Part shown: positions 29,933 through 40,809 of the stretch, piece by piece
Position numbering within the stretch: position 1 is the first letter of the stretch
Layout: each line of letters opens with the position of its first letter
DNA from: Euryarchaeota archaeon UBA88
Lineage (GTDB): Archaea > Thermoplasmatota > Poseidoniia > Poseidoniales > Poseidoniaceae
DNA length: 64,000 nt
Assembly (NCBI GenBank): GCA_002499545.1
Contig: DAME01000025.1
Span: forward strand, 6,911 to 70,910
Direction: 5' to 3'
Made by a program: the position numbers and the translations under genes
Notes under the pieces: model-generated
Told to the model about the DNA's origin: nothing
Database searches by the model: none
What the model saw: the letters and a program-made list of their open reading frames with translations, nothing else

Positions 29933-32900
29933 TTACCAAGCATCAACAACTTCATCCATCAAGGCAGCATCTAAAACATCGATATCAATCGATTTTGGTT
30001 TGCCGAGACCGAGCCGCTTTGCCATAGCATTGCGACCGCTGACAGCCCCCAGACCCGCTTTTTCAAGCGTCACGAAAATTGCTGGGAGCAAAATTAACGC
30101 ACTAGCAGCAGCAACCCACAAGAGAATCAATATGACTGTGATGAACGGTTTGATTTCCGGAATAGGAATATTGTACGCTGTTAGCATACCCAGCGTCGTT
30201 ACCACTGCAGCCTCAAACAACGACATTCCCGTGCCAATGGCTGCGCTACGAATGGCTTCGATTCCTCCACCTAGTTCGCGTATGCGGTTCGCTATGTGAA
30301 TCGAGAAATCGACACCCACACCAACCAAAATCGACCCAATCATAACCGTTACCAGTGAAAGCGGTACATCGAGTTGCCACATAACGAGCCACTGCATTGC
30401 AACGGTCGCTATAACGGGGGAAGTGGTCCATATGGAGTATTTGATGTCCTTGAAAACAATTGCCAGAGTAATCAGTGTTAAGATGAGTGCGAAACCAAGT
30501 GAAGTCCACTGTGAACTAACGATCAGCGTGTTCACTTCAATTGAAGTTGAAGCTACACCAGTGAGTTTGGTTGCTTCATTACCCGGGTCACTGTTTCCTA
30601 CAAATGTTGCAGTGTACTTGTTGATTTCATCGACGCTTTGCGACGTGTCTGCAACCGGTAGATATGGCATATCAACGTAAATCAAACTTCGATCGTAATC
30701 CTCGCTGATGAAAATTTCTCGAGTTTCATCAGTAATCGATGAGTAAAACACGTTTAAGAGGAAAATCTCAGACTGCCGCGAAGCAGGAAGGCCATACGAA
30801 CCCGGGGAGGTTAGCAAGTCCCAGAATGATGCATCCTGTGTGAGGGAGTTGTCGAGTAGTACTGCCGCAGTATCCTTGATATCCTCGGGCAAACCGGGTA
30901 TGGCCTGGACAAATTCGTTGAGCCCAGCACCCGATACCGTTGGAGCGATACCGGCTGATTTCATCAAAAATACAATCGATACAGCAGTCGTATTATCTAC
31001 ACCGTTGAGCAATCCCTCAAGAGAATCAATCGCCTGCAAATTCTGTGCTGGGTCCTGCTGACTTGCTTCAAGCGAGGTCACCCCCGTAAGGTTGGCTTTA
31101 ATTAGAACCATTCCTAACTGTCCGGATTCAAATTCGTCGCTGTACTGCTTCATCTTGATGACCGAGGGTTCTCCTTCAGGTGCCATTCCAAGCATGTCGA
31201 TGTTCTCCTCTACATTGGCCTGACCAATTGTTGCAGAGAAGAGGATCAGAACGGCAAACACACCGATGACGGCTTTGTTGTACTTTACAGGAGCTTGAAC
31301 GAGGGTTTCGAAAACTTTGAGTGGAGGATGTTTCGGTTTCCGAAGGTCCAACAACAGCGTGAGATTTGGAACCATGAACATTGTCAATATGTAGACGACA
31401 ACAATACCGCCTGAAAGTGCGATTCCAACTGTCTGAATGGGAGCCATTGGAGTGAATACCAGCGAAATAAAACCAATGACCGTAGTCACAGCAGATAAGA
31501 AAACTGCTCGACCGGTTGAGGAAAGAGCACCACGCATTTTTTCTGATTTGGTTCCACCTTCTTCCGCATATCGATTGGTAATATGGAGACCGTACGAAAC
31601 GCCAAGCGCTAACAGAATCGGCCCGACAATGATAACCGTCATGGTCACCTCATAATTCGTCCAACCAATGATGCCAAGTGTCCAAAAGACAGCACATAAA
31701 GTCGGCAATCCTGCGATGATAACAACTTTCAATCCCTGGAGTGGTCGAATACCCGTCAAACCTGCTTGGAAAAAGTCACAGTGGAATACGAAGAGTCCAA
31801 TGGCCACCAATACGACGGCAAGAGGGAAAATCTCCCAGAACAAGCGGAATGAAAACTCTGTAACTGCATTCGTGATTGGTACAGGACCTGTGAGGGTCAT
31901 ACTTAGACCCAAATCCGACCACGTACAGCGCTCTGGGCCGGCTGGATTTCCATTTGTATCGAACTCACATGCACGTTCCTCTTTGGAAATCTGATCGAGA
32001 AGTTCCTGCGTTGTGAGGATAATCTCCTTCGCATCTTTGTCCTCTCGGACAGCGACTGCCATTATCGCACGGTCGAGAAGTCCATCAGGCGAATCATCTT
32101 CAGAACCGTTGATGTCGCGTGCCAATTTATCGAGACCCGGTGTCGGTGAACCATCGTCGTCGTACATCTCGCCAATCACCAAATCAATGGTGGTCTGTGA
32201 TGGAATGTCATAGCCGCCTTCGAGTGCAGCGGTTGTATTATCCAGCAGTTCATTCAGCGCATCGCCCATTTGTTCAGTTAAGCAATCCTCTGATGCTCCA
32301 CATCCAAGTTGTGCAATTTGGTCAACAAACGCAGTACGCACACGAGGAGCACTGGAGTTCACTTCCTTTAGAACGGTCGATATAGAAAGGATGTAAATGA
32401 CGTCATCCTCAACCCCCGGGCTCACTTCGCCAACATACGAGAGTTTCGGATTGAGAATAGTCTCAACATAACTGATTTCTTGTAAAATACGTTGGTCGGT
32501 GATATTGCGCCCACCAAATGATTCAATGTAAACCACCATGACGTTCGTCGACCAGTCTTGCTCAACCTCCCCAAGCAACGCTCCAACTTCACTTCCCTCA
32601 GGAAGATACACTTCTAAGTCCCCGTTAACGTTCAGTGCGGGATTGTTGACATCGTCATCAAATTGAGTGAGATAGCGGTCAAAGAATCCAGACTGCCCAA
32701 CGAAAAAGGCAGTGAGCATCAAAAAAAGTATGACGGTTGGTAGAGGGTAACGGGTAATTGCACCGGTTGCTCCATGTTTCTGCCACTCTCGCTTGAATCG
32801 AACTGGAGCGTCCAAAACTGCGTCAATTGCATCTTTGGGCTTGAATTCCTTGACTCGAGCTGAAAGGTCTACAGCACTGGTACGAATTTGTTTTTTACCA

Positions 32901-32995
32901 TATTGGGCTAAATTCGATACCCGAGACGACATGTTCTCTGGACCCGTTTTTGGATTGGAATCCGAAGGGGAATTCGATGCTTCATCTGTCGACAT
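29933..32995 (-). CDS. MMPL/RND-superfamily transporter
   Basis: Two repeats of TM1-large loop-5TM; LGVSYGLH and GVGVDFSIH; SAVTTVIGF. Confidence 0.9.
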   Translation of the reverse strand: MSTDEASNSPSDSNPKTGPENMSSRVSNLAQYGKKQIRTSAVDLSARVKEFKPKDAIDAVLDAPVRFKREWQKHGATGAITRYPLPTVILFLMLTAFFVGQSGFFDRYLTQFDDDVNNPALNVNGDLEVYLPEGSEVGALLGEVEQDWSTNVMVVYIESFGGRNITDQRILQEISYVETILNPKLSYVGEVSPGVEDDVIYILSISTVLKEVNSSAPRVRTAFVDQIAQLGCGASEDCLTEQMGDALNELLDNTTAALEGGYDIPSQTTIDLVIGEMYDDDGSPTPGLDKLARDINGSEDDSPDGLLDRAIMAVAVREDKDAKEIILTTQELLDQISKEERACEFDTNGNPAGPERCTWSDLGLSMTLTGPVPITNAVTEFSFRLFWEIFPLAVVLVAIGLFVFHCDFFQAGLTGIRPLQGLKVVIIAGLPTLCAVFWTLGIIGWTNYEVTMTVIIVGPILLALGVSYGLHITNRYAEEGGTKSEKMRGALSSTGRAVFLSAVTTVIGFISLVFTPMAPIQTVGIALSGGIVVVYILTMFMVPNLTLLLDLRKPKHPPLKVFETLVQAPVKYNKAVIGVFAVLILFSATIGQANVEENIDMLGMAPEGEPSVIKMKQYSDEFESGQLGMVLIKANLTGVTSLEASQQDPAQNLQAIDSLEGLLNGVDNTTAVSIVFLMKSAGIAPTVSGAGLNEFVQAIPGLPEDIKDTAAVLLDNSLTQDASFWDLLTSPGSYGLPASRQSEIFLLNVFYSSITDETREIFISEDYDRSLIYVDMPYLPVADTSQSVDEINKYTATFVGNSDPGNEATKLTGVASTSIEVNTLIVSSQWTSLGFALILTLITLAIVFKDIKYSIWTTSPVIATVAMQWLVMWQLDVPLSLVTVMIGSILVGVGVDFSIHIANRIRELGGGIEAIRSAAIGTGMSLFEAAVVTTLGMLTAYNIPIPEIKPFITVILILLWVAAASALILLPAIFVTLEKAGLGAVSGRNAMAKRLGLGKPKSIDIDVLDAALMDEVVDAW

Positions 32996-33169
32996 ACATC
33001 GCCCTCTCTTTGTTGGAAATGAATTCACTTCAAAGCCCTATCTATCCGGTGTCCGCTTGCGGAACGATTCGCATTCATGAATCAAAAGTCATCCGTTGGG
33101 TTCAAAGGTGGTCGTTCTTAGCGCCCGTTAGACCCGTGCTGTTCACAAGTACGGGGCGAGTTGAGGCAC

Positions 33170-35662
33170 ATGCCAGACCCAATATTAAACGACAAGCGCT
33201 GGTCAATTGACCTTGAAAAGAAAATTCAAGAAGCGCACGGTGAAAACCCGCAAGTATACGCCCAGCGATACGCTTTCAATCCTGACAGTGGAAAGGAAAT
33301 TTTTGTGATTGACACACCGCCACCATATCCGTCGGGAACCTGGCATATTGGAGCGGTAGCACAATACTCGATGATTGACGTTATCGCTCGTTCCCAACGC
33401 CTACTCGGGAAGGAAGTCTACTTCCCATGGGGTGTTGATCGAAACGGCATCAACATTGAATTCACTGTGGAAAAAAATACCAAACGTAAAATGAAAACCT
33501 ATGACCGTGCAGAGTTCTTGAAACTGTGCGAAGAAACAATTGAAACATTCACCCAAGCAATGAGAAAAACCGCCCGTAGAGTGGGCCTTTCTTGCGATTA
33601 TGACCGTGAATACCTCACCGATTCTCCCGAATACCGAACAGTTACGCAGTCCATCTTTATTGAATTGTTCAAAAAAGGCGCAATTGTTGAAGACCTGCGG
33701 CCGAATATCTACGACCCGGTAGAAGGTACGACAATTGCAGATGCGGAAGTTGAACGCCAGTCTCGAAAAACCAAATTAATCGATGTAATGTGGACATGTG
33801 ATGACGGAACTGAACTTGTTATTTCTACAACCCGACCGGAATTAATTTGCGCTTGCGGGGTTGTCGTGGTTCATCCTGACGATGAACGGTATACGCACCT
33901 CATTGGAAAAACTGTGAAGTTGCCTCTTCCCGTGGTGGGGCGAAGTACTTCAGTGAAAATCCAAACCCATCCATCGGTTAAATCCGAATTCGGTTCGGGA
34001 ATTTTAATGGTGTGTTCATTCGGGGATCAAAACGATGTTGCGGTCTTCCGTGAACTTGGTCTTACCCCCTTCCAAGCAATCAACCTCGAAGGTAAAATGA
34101 CCGACCTTGCTGGTCCCTTTGCGGAAATGAAAGTGTACGAAGCACGTAAAGCTGCCACAGCGTACTTGGAAAATGCAGGAGCTCTCGTACAAGTCGTGGA
34201 ACGCGAGCAAGAAATCCCAGTTTCAGAGCGGGGAAAGAATCCCGTTGAAATCATCTTGCTCAAGGAATGGTATGTGCAACAAACTGATGCGCAAGACCGC
34301 ATGAAAGAGCACATTGAAGAAATTGAATTCCACCCACCTCGCAACAGACAATTTTTGCTTGATTGGATGGATAATATTAGCATTGACTGGCCAATATCTC
34401 GGCGCCGGTGGTACCATACTGAAATCCCTATCTGGTACAGCGAAGATGCTTCAAAAATCATCGTCCCCCCCGCCGGAACCTATGTTCAACCGTGGTGCCA
34501 AGCACCACCTGCCGGAAGCCATGTTCTCGATCGAGAAACACGTCAAGAACTTGGCAGCTATGACGAGCTTCAAGATTCTCTTGGAACACTCGTCGGCGAA
34601 GAAAAGGTCTTCGACACCTGGATGGATTCATCCAATTCAAATCTGTTCGTTAGCGGTTACTTGAATCAACCAGAAGTGTTTGAAAAAGCATTCCCAACTG
34701 CACTGCGTCCACAAGGAAAGGAGATTGTTCGCACTTGGTTGTACTACACTCTACTCAAATCAAATCTTCTGCTTGATAAGCCCGGCTTCAAGCATGTATG
34801 GATCGATGGCTTAGGCATGGACCCATGGGGCCGGAAAATGAGCAAGTCGCTGGGCAATGGAATTGATGCTGACTCCGTGCTTGAATGCGGTGCAGGTGGA
34901 CGAACTGGTTCGTGGAAAGTGAGAGGGCCAGAAAAGTCTGTCAGCCTTCGAGCCAATAAAATTGGAAGCGAGTGCTTCAGATTATGGAAGGCGTGTGATG
35001 CCCAGGTGGGCGATGATTTCCATATCAACCCTGAAGAAATCGAGAAGAAGTACTTCGGTGTTCTAACGAAGTTGTTCAACGTTGCTCGGTTCGCATCACA
35101 GTTTGAAGTCCCGGTAGACCTCGATCAATCACCTGAACACTTGGCCATTGAAGACGAATGGATTTTAGCTGAGTTCCAATCCACAATGGAGACGGTTTCT
35201 TCAGCCTGGCAAGCGCTTGACATTTACTCCGCAACTCAAGCATTGAAGACATTCGGGACTGGAGTTTTGCCGAGTCACTATCTTGAAATGGTCAAATCTC
35301 GCTTGTACGATGGTGACCAGTCTGCTGCTTGGACATTGCACCGTATCGTTCGTGATTTCATGTCTGCGTTTTCCCCTGTCTGTCCGTTCTTCACGCACCA
35401 CATCTCCAGTACCGTGTACGGTATGTCTGCTGTTGATGTCGATACATTTCCCGCTGCTGCTCATCCTCTCACGGATGTTGAATCACCTCGAGGTGATGCA
35501 CTTCGTGAACTCTCCGGCGCCATTCAGAGTTTCAATGGTGATACGTGGAACACCAAGAAGGAGCAAGGGATTTCGTTGAACCAACCAATCAGTGGAATCT
35601 CCATCCCTGCTGAACTTGTTGACTTCACGGCAATTCTCACACGCATGCATCACTTGGAATGA
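33170..35662 (+). CDS. valS: valyl-tRNA synthetase (archaeal type)
   Basis: IDTPPPY.SG.WHIG, TTRPEL, DWPISR, DTWMDSS, RPQG..I...W, KMSKS. Confidence 0.93.
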   Translation: MPDPILNDKRWSIDLEKKIQEAHGENPQVYAQRYAFNPDSGKEIFVIDTPPPYPSGTWHIGAVAQYSMIDVIARSQRLLGKEVYFPWGVDRNGINIEFTVEKNTKRKMKTYDRAEFLKLCEETIETFTQAMRKTARRVGLSCDYDREYLTDSPEYRTVTQSIFIELFKKGAIVEDLRPNIYDPVEGTTIADAEVERQSRKTKLIDVMWTCDDGTELVISTTRPELICACGVVVVHPDDERYTHLIGKTVKLPLPVVGRSTSVKIQTHPSVKSEFGSGILMVCSFGDQNDVAVFRELGLTPFQAINLEGKMTDLAGPFAEMKVYEARKAATAYLENAGALVQVVEREQEIPVSERGKNPVEIILLKEWYVQQTDAQDRMKEHIEEIEFHPPRNRQFLLDWMDNISIDWPISRRRWYHTEIPIWYSEDASKIIVPPAGTYVQPWCQAPPAGSHVLDRETRQELGSYDELQDSLGTLVGEEKVFDTWMDSSNSNLFVSGYLNQPEVFEKAFPTALRPQGKEIVRTWLYYTLLKSNLLLDKPGFKHVWIDGLGMDPWGRKMSKSLGNGIDADSVLECGAGGRTGSWKVRGPEKSVSLRANKIGSECFRLWKACDAQVGDDFHINPEEIEKKYFGVLTKLFNVARFASQFEVPVDLDQSPEHLAIEDEWILAEFQSTMETVSSAWQALDIYSATQALKTFGTGVLPSHYLEMVKSRLYDGDQSAAWTLHRIVRDFMSAFSPVCPFFTHHISSTVYGMSAVDVDTFPAAAHPLTDVESPRGDALRELSGAIQSFNGDTWNTKKEQGISLNQPISGISIPAELVDFTAILTRMHHLE

Positions 35663-36811
35663 TCACTCTTCTTCAAGCAGTAAAACTGCTTGACGAGTTG
35701 GTGGCATGTCCAGTTGGCCCAATCGAAAACCGATTAGCCGTAAACTTCGATTGTGTTGCACATTCGTTGCAAAAAGGTGCTCAGCAAGTCGCAAGAATAC
35801 ATCGGGTTCATCCATCGCAACGGGTATCGAGCGACCGTGGGTGTGCGTCTCAAATCCAGTGTAGCGTATTTTCACCTCTGCCAAACGCCCTGAAACTCCC
35901 ATGTCTTTCGAACGTTTGAGAACCCGTTGAGTCAGTGAGCGAAGGACGTCAAGAACCGCTTCATGGTCGGTCTGGTCTTGGGAAAAAGTCCGTTCTTTAC
36001 CGATCGATTTACGGCTTCGAAGTGGACTGACTTCGGTACTTGTCGCTCCATCGACAACGCGGATAAGCCAAGAAGCAAAGCGTTCACCAGCCATGCGACC
36101 AAGCGCCAATTCACCCAGTTCATAGGCTTCATCGACCGTCGTCAGACCCCATTCTGCTAACTGCGTAGCACGCTTTGGCCCAATGCCCGGAACATCTCGA
36201 AGAGAGCGGTGATGAAAGAAATCGACGATTTCATCGGGTAATATCCTGAAAATTCCTTTCGGCTTGTTCACCTCACTCGACATTTTCGCAAGAATTCGCG
36301 TTGGTGCAATACCAAACGATGCGGTAAGACCGACCTCTTCTTCGATGGTTGTTTGAAGTGAACGGCACAGTGCATAGGCAGCATCCCAATCACCAGCAAC
36401 ATGGTCAGTTACATCGAGATACGCCTCATCAATGCTGGCTTTTTCAAAGAATTCTGCTGGTTCAAGCAGTATTTCCATGACTTTTCGAGATGCACGGCTG
36501 TACAAACCACGACTGCCACGGATGTAATGACCGGGTCCAAACGGATGACCTGGGCATCGTCGCCACGCCTCACTGATTGGCATTGCAGAATGTATTCCGA
36601 ATTTTCGAGCGGCGTAATTGCATGTCGAGACGATGCCGCGCCCTCTCCCTGCTTGAGGATCTGAACCAATGATGAGAGGTTTTTCCGGGTCAAGGTCGTG
36701 GTGCAGAACTTCGACTGCCGCGAAAAAAGCATCAAGGTCACAGTGGATAATAATCCGTTCACCCGTGGAGTGAGGCGGAGTACGGATGGCATCAACACTT
36801 TCATCCGTCAT
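35663..36811 (-). CDS. dinB: Y-family DNA polymerase IV
   Basis: HCDLDAFFAAVE, STCNYAARKFGI, ASIDEAYLD, NKPKG, VPGIG, KSIGKERTF; ATG 36811 preferred. Confidence 0.95.
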   Translation of the reverse strand: MTDESVDAIRTPPHSTGERIIIHCDLDAFFAAVEVLHHDLDPEKPLIIGSDPQAGRGRGIVSTCNYAARKFGIHSAMPISEAWRRCPGHPFGPGHYIRGSRGLYSRASRKVMEILLEPAEFFEKASIDEAYLDVTDHVAGDWDAAYALCRSLQTTIEEEVGLTASFGIAPTRILAKMSSEVNKPKGIFRILPDEIVDFFHHRSLRDVPGIGPKRATQLAEWGLTTVDEAYELGELALGRMAGERFASWLIRVVDGATSTEVSPLRSRKSIGKERTFSQDQTDHEAVLDVLRSLTQRVLKRSKDMGVSGRLAEVKIRYTGFETHTHGRSIPVAMDEPDVFLRLAEHLFATNVQHNRSLRLIGFRLGQLDMPPTRQAVLLLEEE

Positions 36812-37055
36812 GGTATGAGAATAGTGCCTGAGGTGCTTGAAGTTGATGTATTCTTCAGACACTGAGACTTCGACTGAAGGTGTGAGGTACACGAGCCGTT
36901 CTGCGGCAGGAAACTCCATTGGAAGCTCTTCAAGTGCGAAAAGGCGTGATGGAATTCGGCCATTCAACGTCGATGATTGTAGATGCATATCGCAGATTTC
37001 ACGCGTAAGGCCGACAAGTGTTCAGTAGACCCTCAAATCTGCGCGAAGGGCGTGA

Positions 37056-38039
37056 TTAAAGTAAATGTGAATTAACGGTAGTGTCGGCTTTACCGCCTTT
37101 GAGAACCGTCATAACAGCACTCGCAATATCTCGTCCAACGCGTGCTTGTGCTTCAAGAGTGGCCGCTCCGATGTGCGGTGTACCGTGGAAGTGGGGGTGC
37201 TGCACCAACTCATTTCCTTTTGGGACAGGTTCAGTTTCAAATACATCCAACGCTGCAGATGTGATTTGACCAGAACGAAGCGCTTCCAACAGCGCATCTT
37301 CGTCGACAATACCGCCTCGAGCACAGTTCACAATGTGGTTACCACACTTGATTCCATCGATGGACTTACCCGGCATCAAAGACATACGTTCAGCGTTCAC
37401 CAGATGGTGGGTTTCTTGATTATAATTGCAGTGAACCGAAATGTGTGTGCACGCTTGGAACAAGCTATCGACTTTCTTGTGAAGCGTCGTATTCTGGGCT
37501 TTGGCAACCTTCGGTGGAAGGTACGGGTCGTAGGTGTGCACTTCCATTCCAAGCAACTGGGCAACAGAGCCAACGCCTTGGGCGATACGTCCAAATCCGA
37601 TTAGACCTAGGTTTTTCCCCTGCAATTCAGTTCCCTTCATGGCTTTCTTTTCCCACTTTCCTTCACGCATACCCCTGTCCGAACGTGGAATGTGGCGAAT
37701 ACATGCAAGCAAATGACCAATCGTCAATTCGATAACGGATTGCGTTGATGCTCTTGGTGCGTTGACGACGGGTATATTCGCATCTGCAGCTGCCTGTAAA
37801 TCGATGTTATCAACGCCGACCCCTGCTCTGCCAATCACCTTGAGACGACGACCCGACTGCTGGATAATATCGGCTGGAAGTTTGGTAGCACTTCGAACGA
37901 TAATTGCATCAAAATCCGCAAGAGCACCTGCACGAAGATCCGCTGGTTCAATGAATTGTGAAACCACTTCATGCCCCGCTTTTTCCAACAATGCAATCGC
38001 ATCGTTTGCCATCCCGTCCGTGACCGCAATCCTCGCCAT
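37056..38039 (-). CDS. serA: D-3-phosphoglycerate dehydrogenase-like 2-hydroxyacid dehydrogenase (no ACT domain)
   Basis: VRSAT, GRAGVGVDNID, GFGRI, NCARGG, LDVF..EP, TPHIGAAT.EAQ. Confidence 0.85.
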   Translation of the reverse strand: MARIAVTDGMANDAIALLEKAGHEVVSQFIEPADLRAGALADFDAIIVRSATKLPADIIQQSGRRLKVIGRAGVGVDNIDLQAAADANIPVVNAPRASTQSVIELTIGHLLACIRHIPRSDRGMREGKWEKKAMKGTELQGKNLGLIGFGRIAQGVGSVAQLLGMEVHTYDPYLPPKVAKAQNTTLHKKVDSLFQACTHISVHCNYNQETHHLVNAERMSLMPGKSIDGIKCGNHIVNCARGGIVDEDALLEALRSGQITSAALDVFETEPVPKGNELVQHPHFHGTPHIGAATLEAQARVGRDIASAVMTVLKGGKADTTVNSHLL

Positions 38040-38137
38040 GTATCCTAATGTGGCTCCGAAGGACATCAACCTTAGCCTACGGAGTTGAAACTACCCGATG
38101 TTTGAAACACCCCAACGGTTTGGCATAGTTGAGGTCA

Positions 38138-39283
38138 ATGTCCGCTATCGATACCAATGCACTGATTTGGGCGGCGGGGTTGTTGTCCATCCCGTTGTTG
38201 CTAGCGGTCCCGATGAAAATCGCATGGCGATTTTTCATTGGGGTGGGGCACGAAGCATCACAGTATCGCAGCACTGTATTGCAAATAATCGATGCAGGGC
38301 GCCAGGTTGCACCGTTCAGGGCAACCCTTGATGATATCTCCCGAAGCCTTCACATTCGTCCAAGTCATCAACGTTTAATCGAAGCGGACTTGTTCCATCC
38401 ACTGACTGTATCGCACTTTCTCTTGTTGCCAGCGATTATCATATTTCCACTCGCCGTCATCATGGCGCTCCCCGTAATCCTGATTGGATTCCCAATATTA
38501 CTGGTCATCGAAATCATACTGATTCGTCGAGGAGTGTTGGTATTTGCTCTCAAATCCATCGAGAAGATGATGCACTGGCAAATCATTCACATCCCAAAAC
38601 CGTACAGAGGATTGACCGAACAAAAGGCCAAGATGAATGAGTTTTCACAGCATGTCACTCATTTTAATCACGTACCGCAAGGAGCGTTTCTTGGACTCTT
38701 TGCATGGCTCATCGTTCACTGGACGTTGAACCTTGAGTCATGGGGGCTTGAGATCATCTTTTCATCGGGTCTGTACATCATACTGCTCGGATTACTGGGT
38801 GTATTGAACGCAGCATTTGAGGCCGACTTGGTATTTGTTGACCCATCCAAGGGTCGATTAGTACCTGTCGACCAGTGGTTGGAAAGTATCCTCAAGCCCT
38901 TGGTAGGAATTGGATTACTGTTCCTCACAGCTCGAAACCTCTTGGATGAGGCAAGAGATGGGAACGCCGTCTTATTTGCCGCGACTGTACTCTGTATCTT
39001 GTATGGAGCAGCCGTGGTAGGAATTTCATTCCGCTGGGGTTATTCTATTTGGCGTGGTTCAACTGTACGTGTTCAGTTCAGTGAGCAAGTCATTGAGCAA
39101 CTCAATCCCCTCTCCTATGACCTGACTCGGACCAAGGGACGAATTGAATTTCACGTAAGAATGGCAATGGGTGAACGAATGAACAGGATGCTGGAGGCGC
39201 CAGTCGAACAGTTAAGTTTCGCAGATTTACAGGAGTTGCCTTCAAGCGAGCATCGAGGGAAAATACCCGACAATCCTCTATGA
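38138..39283 (+). CDS. hypothetical polytopic membrane protein
   Basis: About seven hydrophobic segments; GAGGT SD before ATG 38138. Confidence 0.75.
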   Translation: MSAIDTNALIWAAGLLSIPLLLAVPMKIAWRFFIGVGHEASQYRSTVLQIIDAGRQVAPFRATLDDISRSLHIRPSHQRLIEADLFHPLTVSHFLLLPAIIIFPLAVIMALPVILIGFPILLVIEIILIRRGVLVFALKSIEKMMHWQIIHIPKPYRGLTEQKAKMNEFSQHVTHFNHVPQGAFLGLFAWLIVHWTLNLESWGLEIIFSSGLYIILLGLLGVLNAAFEADLVFVDPSKGRLVPVDQWLESILKPLVGIGLLFLTARNLLDEARDGNAVLFAATVLCILYGAAVVGISFRWGYSIWRGSTVRVQFSEQVIEQLNPLSYDLTRTKGRIEFHVRMAMGERMNRMLEAPVEQLSFADLQELPSSEHRGKIPDNPL

Positions 39284-39994
39284 ACTCATTTCCCACGGGA
39301 TGACTTCTGGTATTTCACCGAAAAGGTTTGCAGGTAACGCTGTTTTTATTTTAGAAACCGAACCTAACCCGGCAGTCACTTCGTTTTGCCAAGCCTCAAA
39401 CTCTGGGAAGGAAGCCATAGAAAGTACTGGATTGTGTTCACGGTTCCAGTCCAGGGTTTGCATTTCAGTGCCCGGGGGGTCGTGGCCAGTGCAGACGAGT
39501 AGGTGGCCGTCAAGTTCTTTCAATTTCTTGAGAGAATCCCAATGGTCCTGAAGGCGACCGCTCGGGAGGTCATCTCGTCCTACGCCCCCTTTACCAGTGA
39601 ACAGGAAGTCACCAGTGAAGAGGTGCATTGGAGTTTCGATGAGCATGTGATCGTTGGTGTGACCGGGAACGTGGTGAGCCTTCAGGGAAAACGTTCCAAG
39701 CGCCACTGCTTCACCTTCGCTGAGGTACTTCGAGACGCCAAGACATGCAGTAGAATGCCACATGACATAGTCACACCCAGTTGTTTCGCGAAGTGAATAA
39801 CAGGCCGTAATGTGGTCTGCGTGAGTGTGGGTCGCCAGAGCATACTTCAACGTAGCACCTTTGGATTCTATAACTTCAAGGTACGTACCCATGAAATCAT
39901 ACACTGGGTCGATGAGAAGAGCCGAAGAAGATTCTTCATCGATAAGCAGGTAGGTCTTGGCCCACCCAGTCGCATTGAGTTGTTCAAAGTACAT
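39278..39994 (-). CDS. MBL-fold hydrolase, persulfide dioxygenase (ETHE1)-like
   Basis: LIDPV, THTHADH, PGHT, TGDFLF..G.GRDD, GHD. Confidence 0.85.
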   Translation of the reverse strand: MYFEQLNATGWAKTYLLIDEESSSALLIDPVYDFMGTYLEVIESKGATLKYALATHTHADHITACYSLRETTGCDYVMWHSTACLGVSKYLSEGEAVALGTFSLKAHHVPGHTNDHMLIETPMHLFTGDFLFTGKGGVGRDDLPSGRLQDHWDSLKKLKELDGHLLVCTGHDPPGTEMQTLDWNREHNPVLSMASFPEFEAWQNEVTAGLGSVSKIKTALPANLFGEIPEVIPWEMSS

Positions 39995-40092
39995 GAAATT
40001 ACGATACCGCACATGTACTTGAACAATACGATTGAATCCTTTCCTGTACTGTGCGTGCGAGCATTGATGAGACACGCCTAAGACGCATTGTC

Positions 40093-40809
40093 ATGCAGCC
40101 TACTGAAGTGGTCCACTTGGAACACGATGGAAAGGTCTTACTTGTTGATCAAAACGGTCACGGACCCCTGATTCCTATCGCTGGTAGAACTTCGGCTGAC
40201 CAAGTATTGCGTTTCCCTACCCCAGCAGAAGTTGACGCGCTGGGGATAGAGTGGAAGAAAATCCGTGAAACTCGAATTGTTTTCGGAACGATGGTACATT
40301 GTGTGCTCAAGGGATACCCAAAAATCGAATGGCCAAAGCATTGGGCTTGGAAAGATGCCCTCATTGCTGATAATTCGGTTGACCCAGTAGCACGAGAAGC
40401 AATTTACCGTTCGCTGCACCGACTTGTTTCAAAGGTCATGATCTGCAACGATGCAGGAGAAGTGCTCATGGGAAAGGTAGAACGTGGACATTTCCATGGA
40501 TTTTGGACGCTACCTGGCGGCTACATGGATCATGATGAGCATCCAAGCACCGGCTGTGTTCGCGAGACGTTCGAAGAACTTGGATTAAGTCTCATCCTTG
40601 AGAACAGCGAGCCTGTGGTCACCCAAAAAATATTCACCGATGAAGGAATCTCATTCGTATCGTTTACATACCGTTCGAAATGGAACGGCAACTTCGACGA
40701 ACTTCGTTTGCAAACAGAAGAAATTTCGGAAGTGAAATGGTTCTCCCCAAAAGATGCTATTGAGGCAGCAGTATCACATTTTGACAGCGAGGCACTGCGG
40801 ACTTTGTGA
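40093..40809 (+). CDS. NUDIX hydrolase with N-terminal extension
   Basis: LPGGYMDHDEHPSTGCVRETFEELG Nudix box. Confidence 0.88.
   Translation: MQPTEVVHLEHDGKVLLVDQNGHGPLIPIAGRTSADQVLRFPTPAEVDALGIEWKKIRETRIVFGTMVHCVLKGYPKIEWPKHWAWKDALIADNSVDPVAREAIYRSLHRLVSKVMICNDAGEVLMGKVERGHFHGFWTLPGGYMDHDEHPSTGCVRETFEELGLSLILENSEPVVTQKIFTDEGISFVSFTYRSKWNGNFDELRLQTEEISEVKWFSPKDAIEAAVSHFDSEALRTL

Noticed and set aside
36907-36920. AGGAAACTCC resembling the RNase P RNA P4 5' strand
   Set aside because: No complementary P4 3' strand with an ACANAA...CUUA-like context downstream
36812-36988. 59-aa N-terminal extension of DinB in the ORF track
   Set aside because: Family similarity begins after ATG 36811, which has its own upstream promoter-like hexamer
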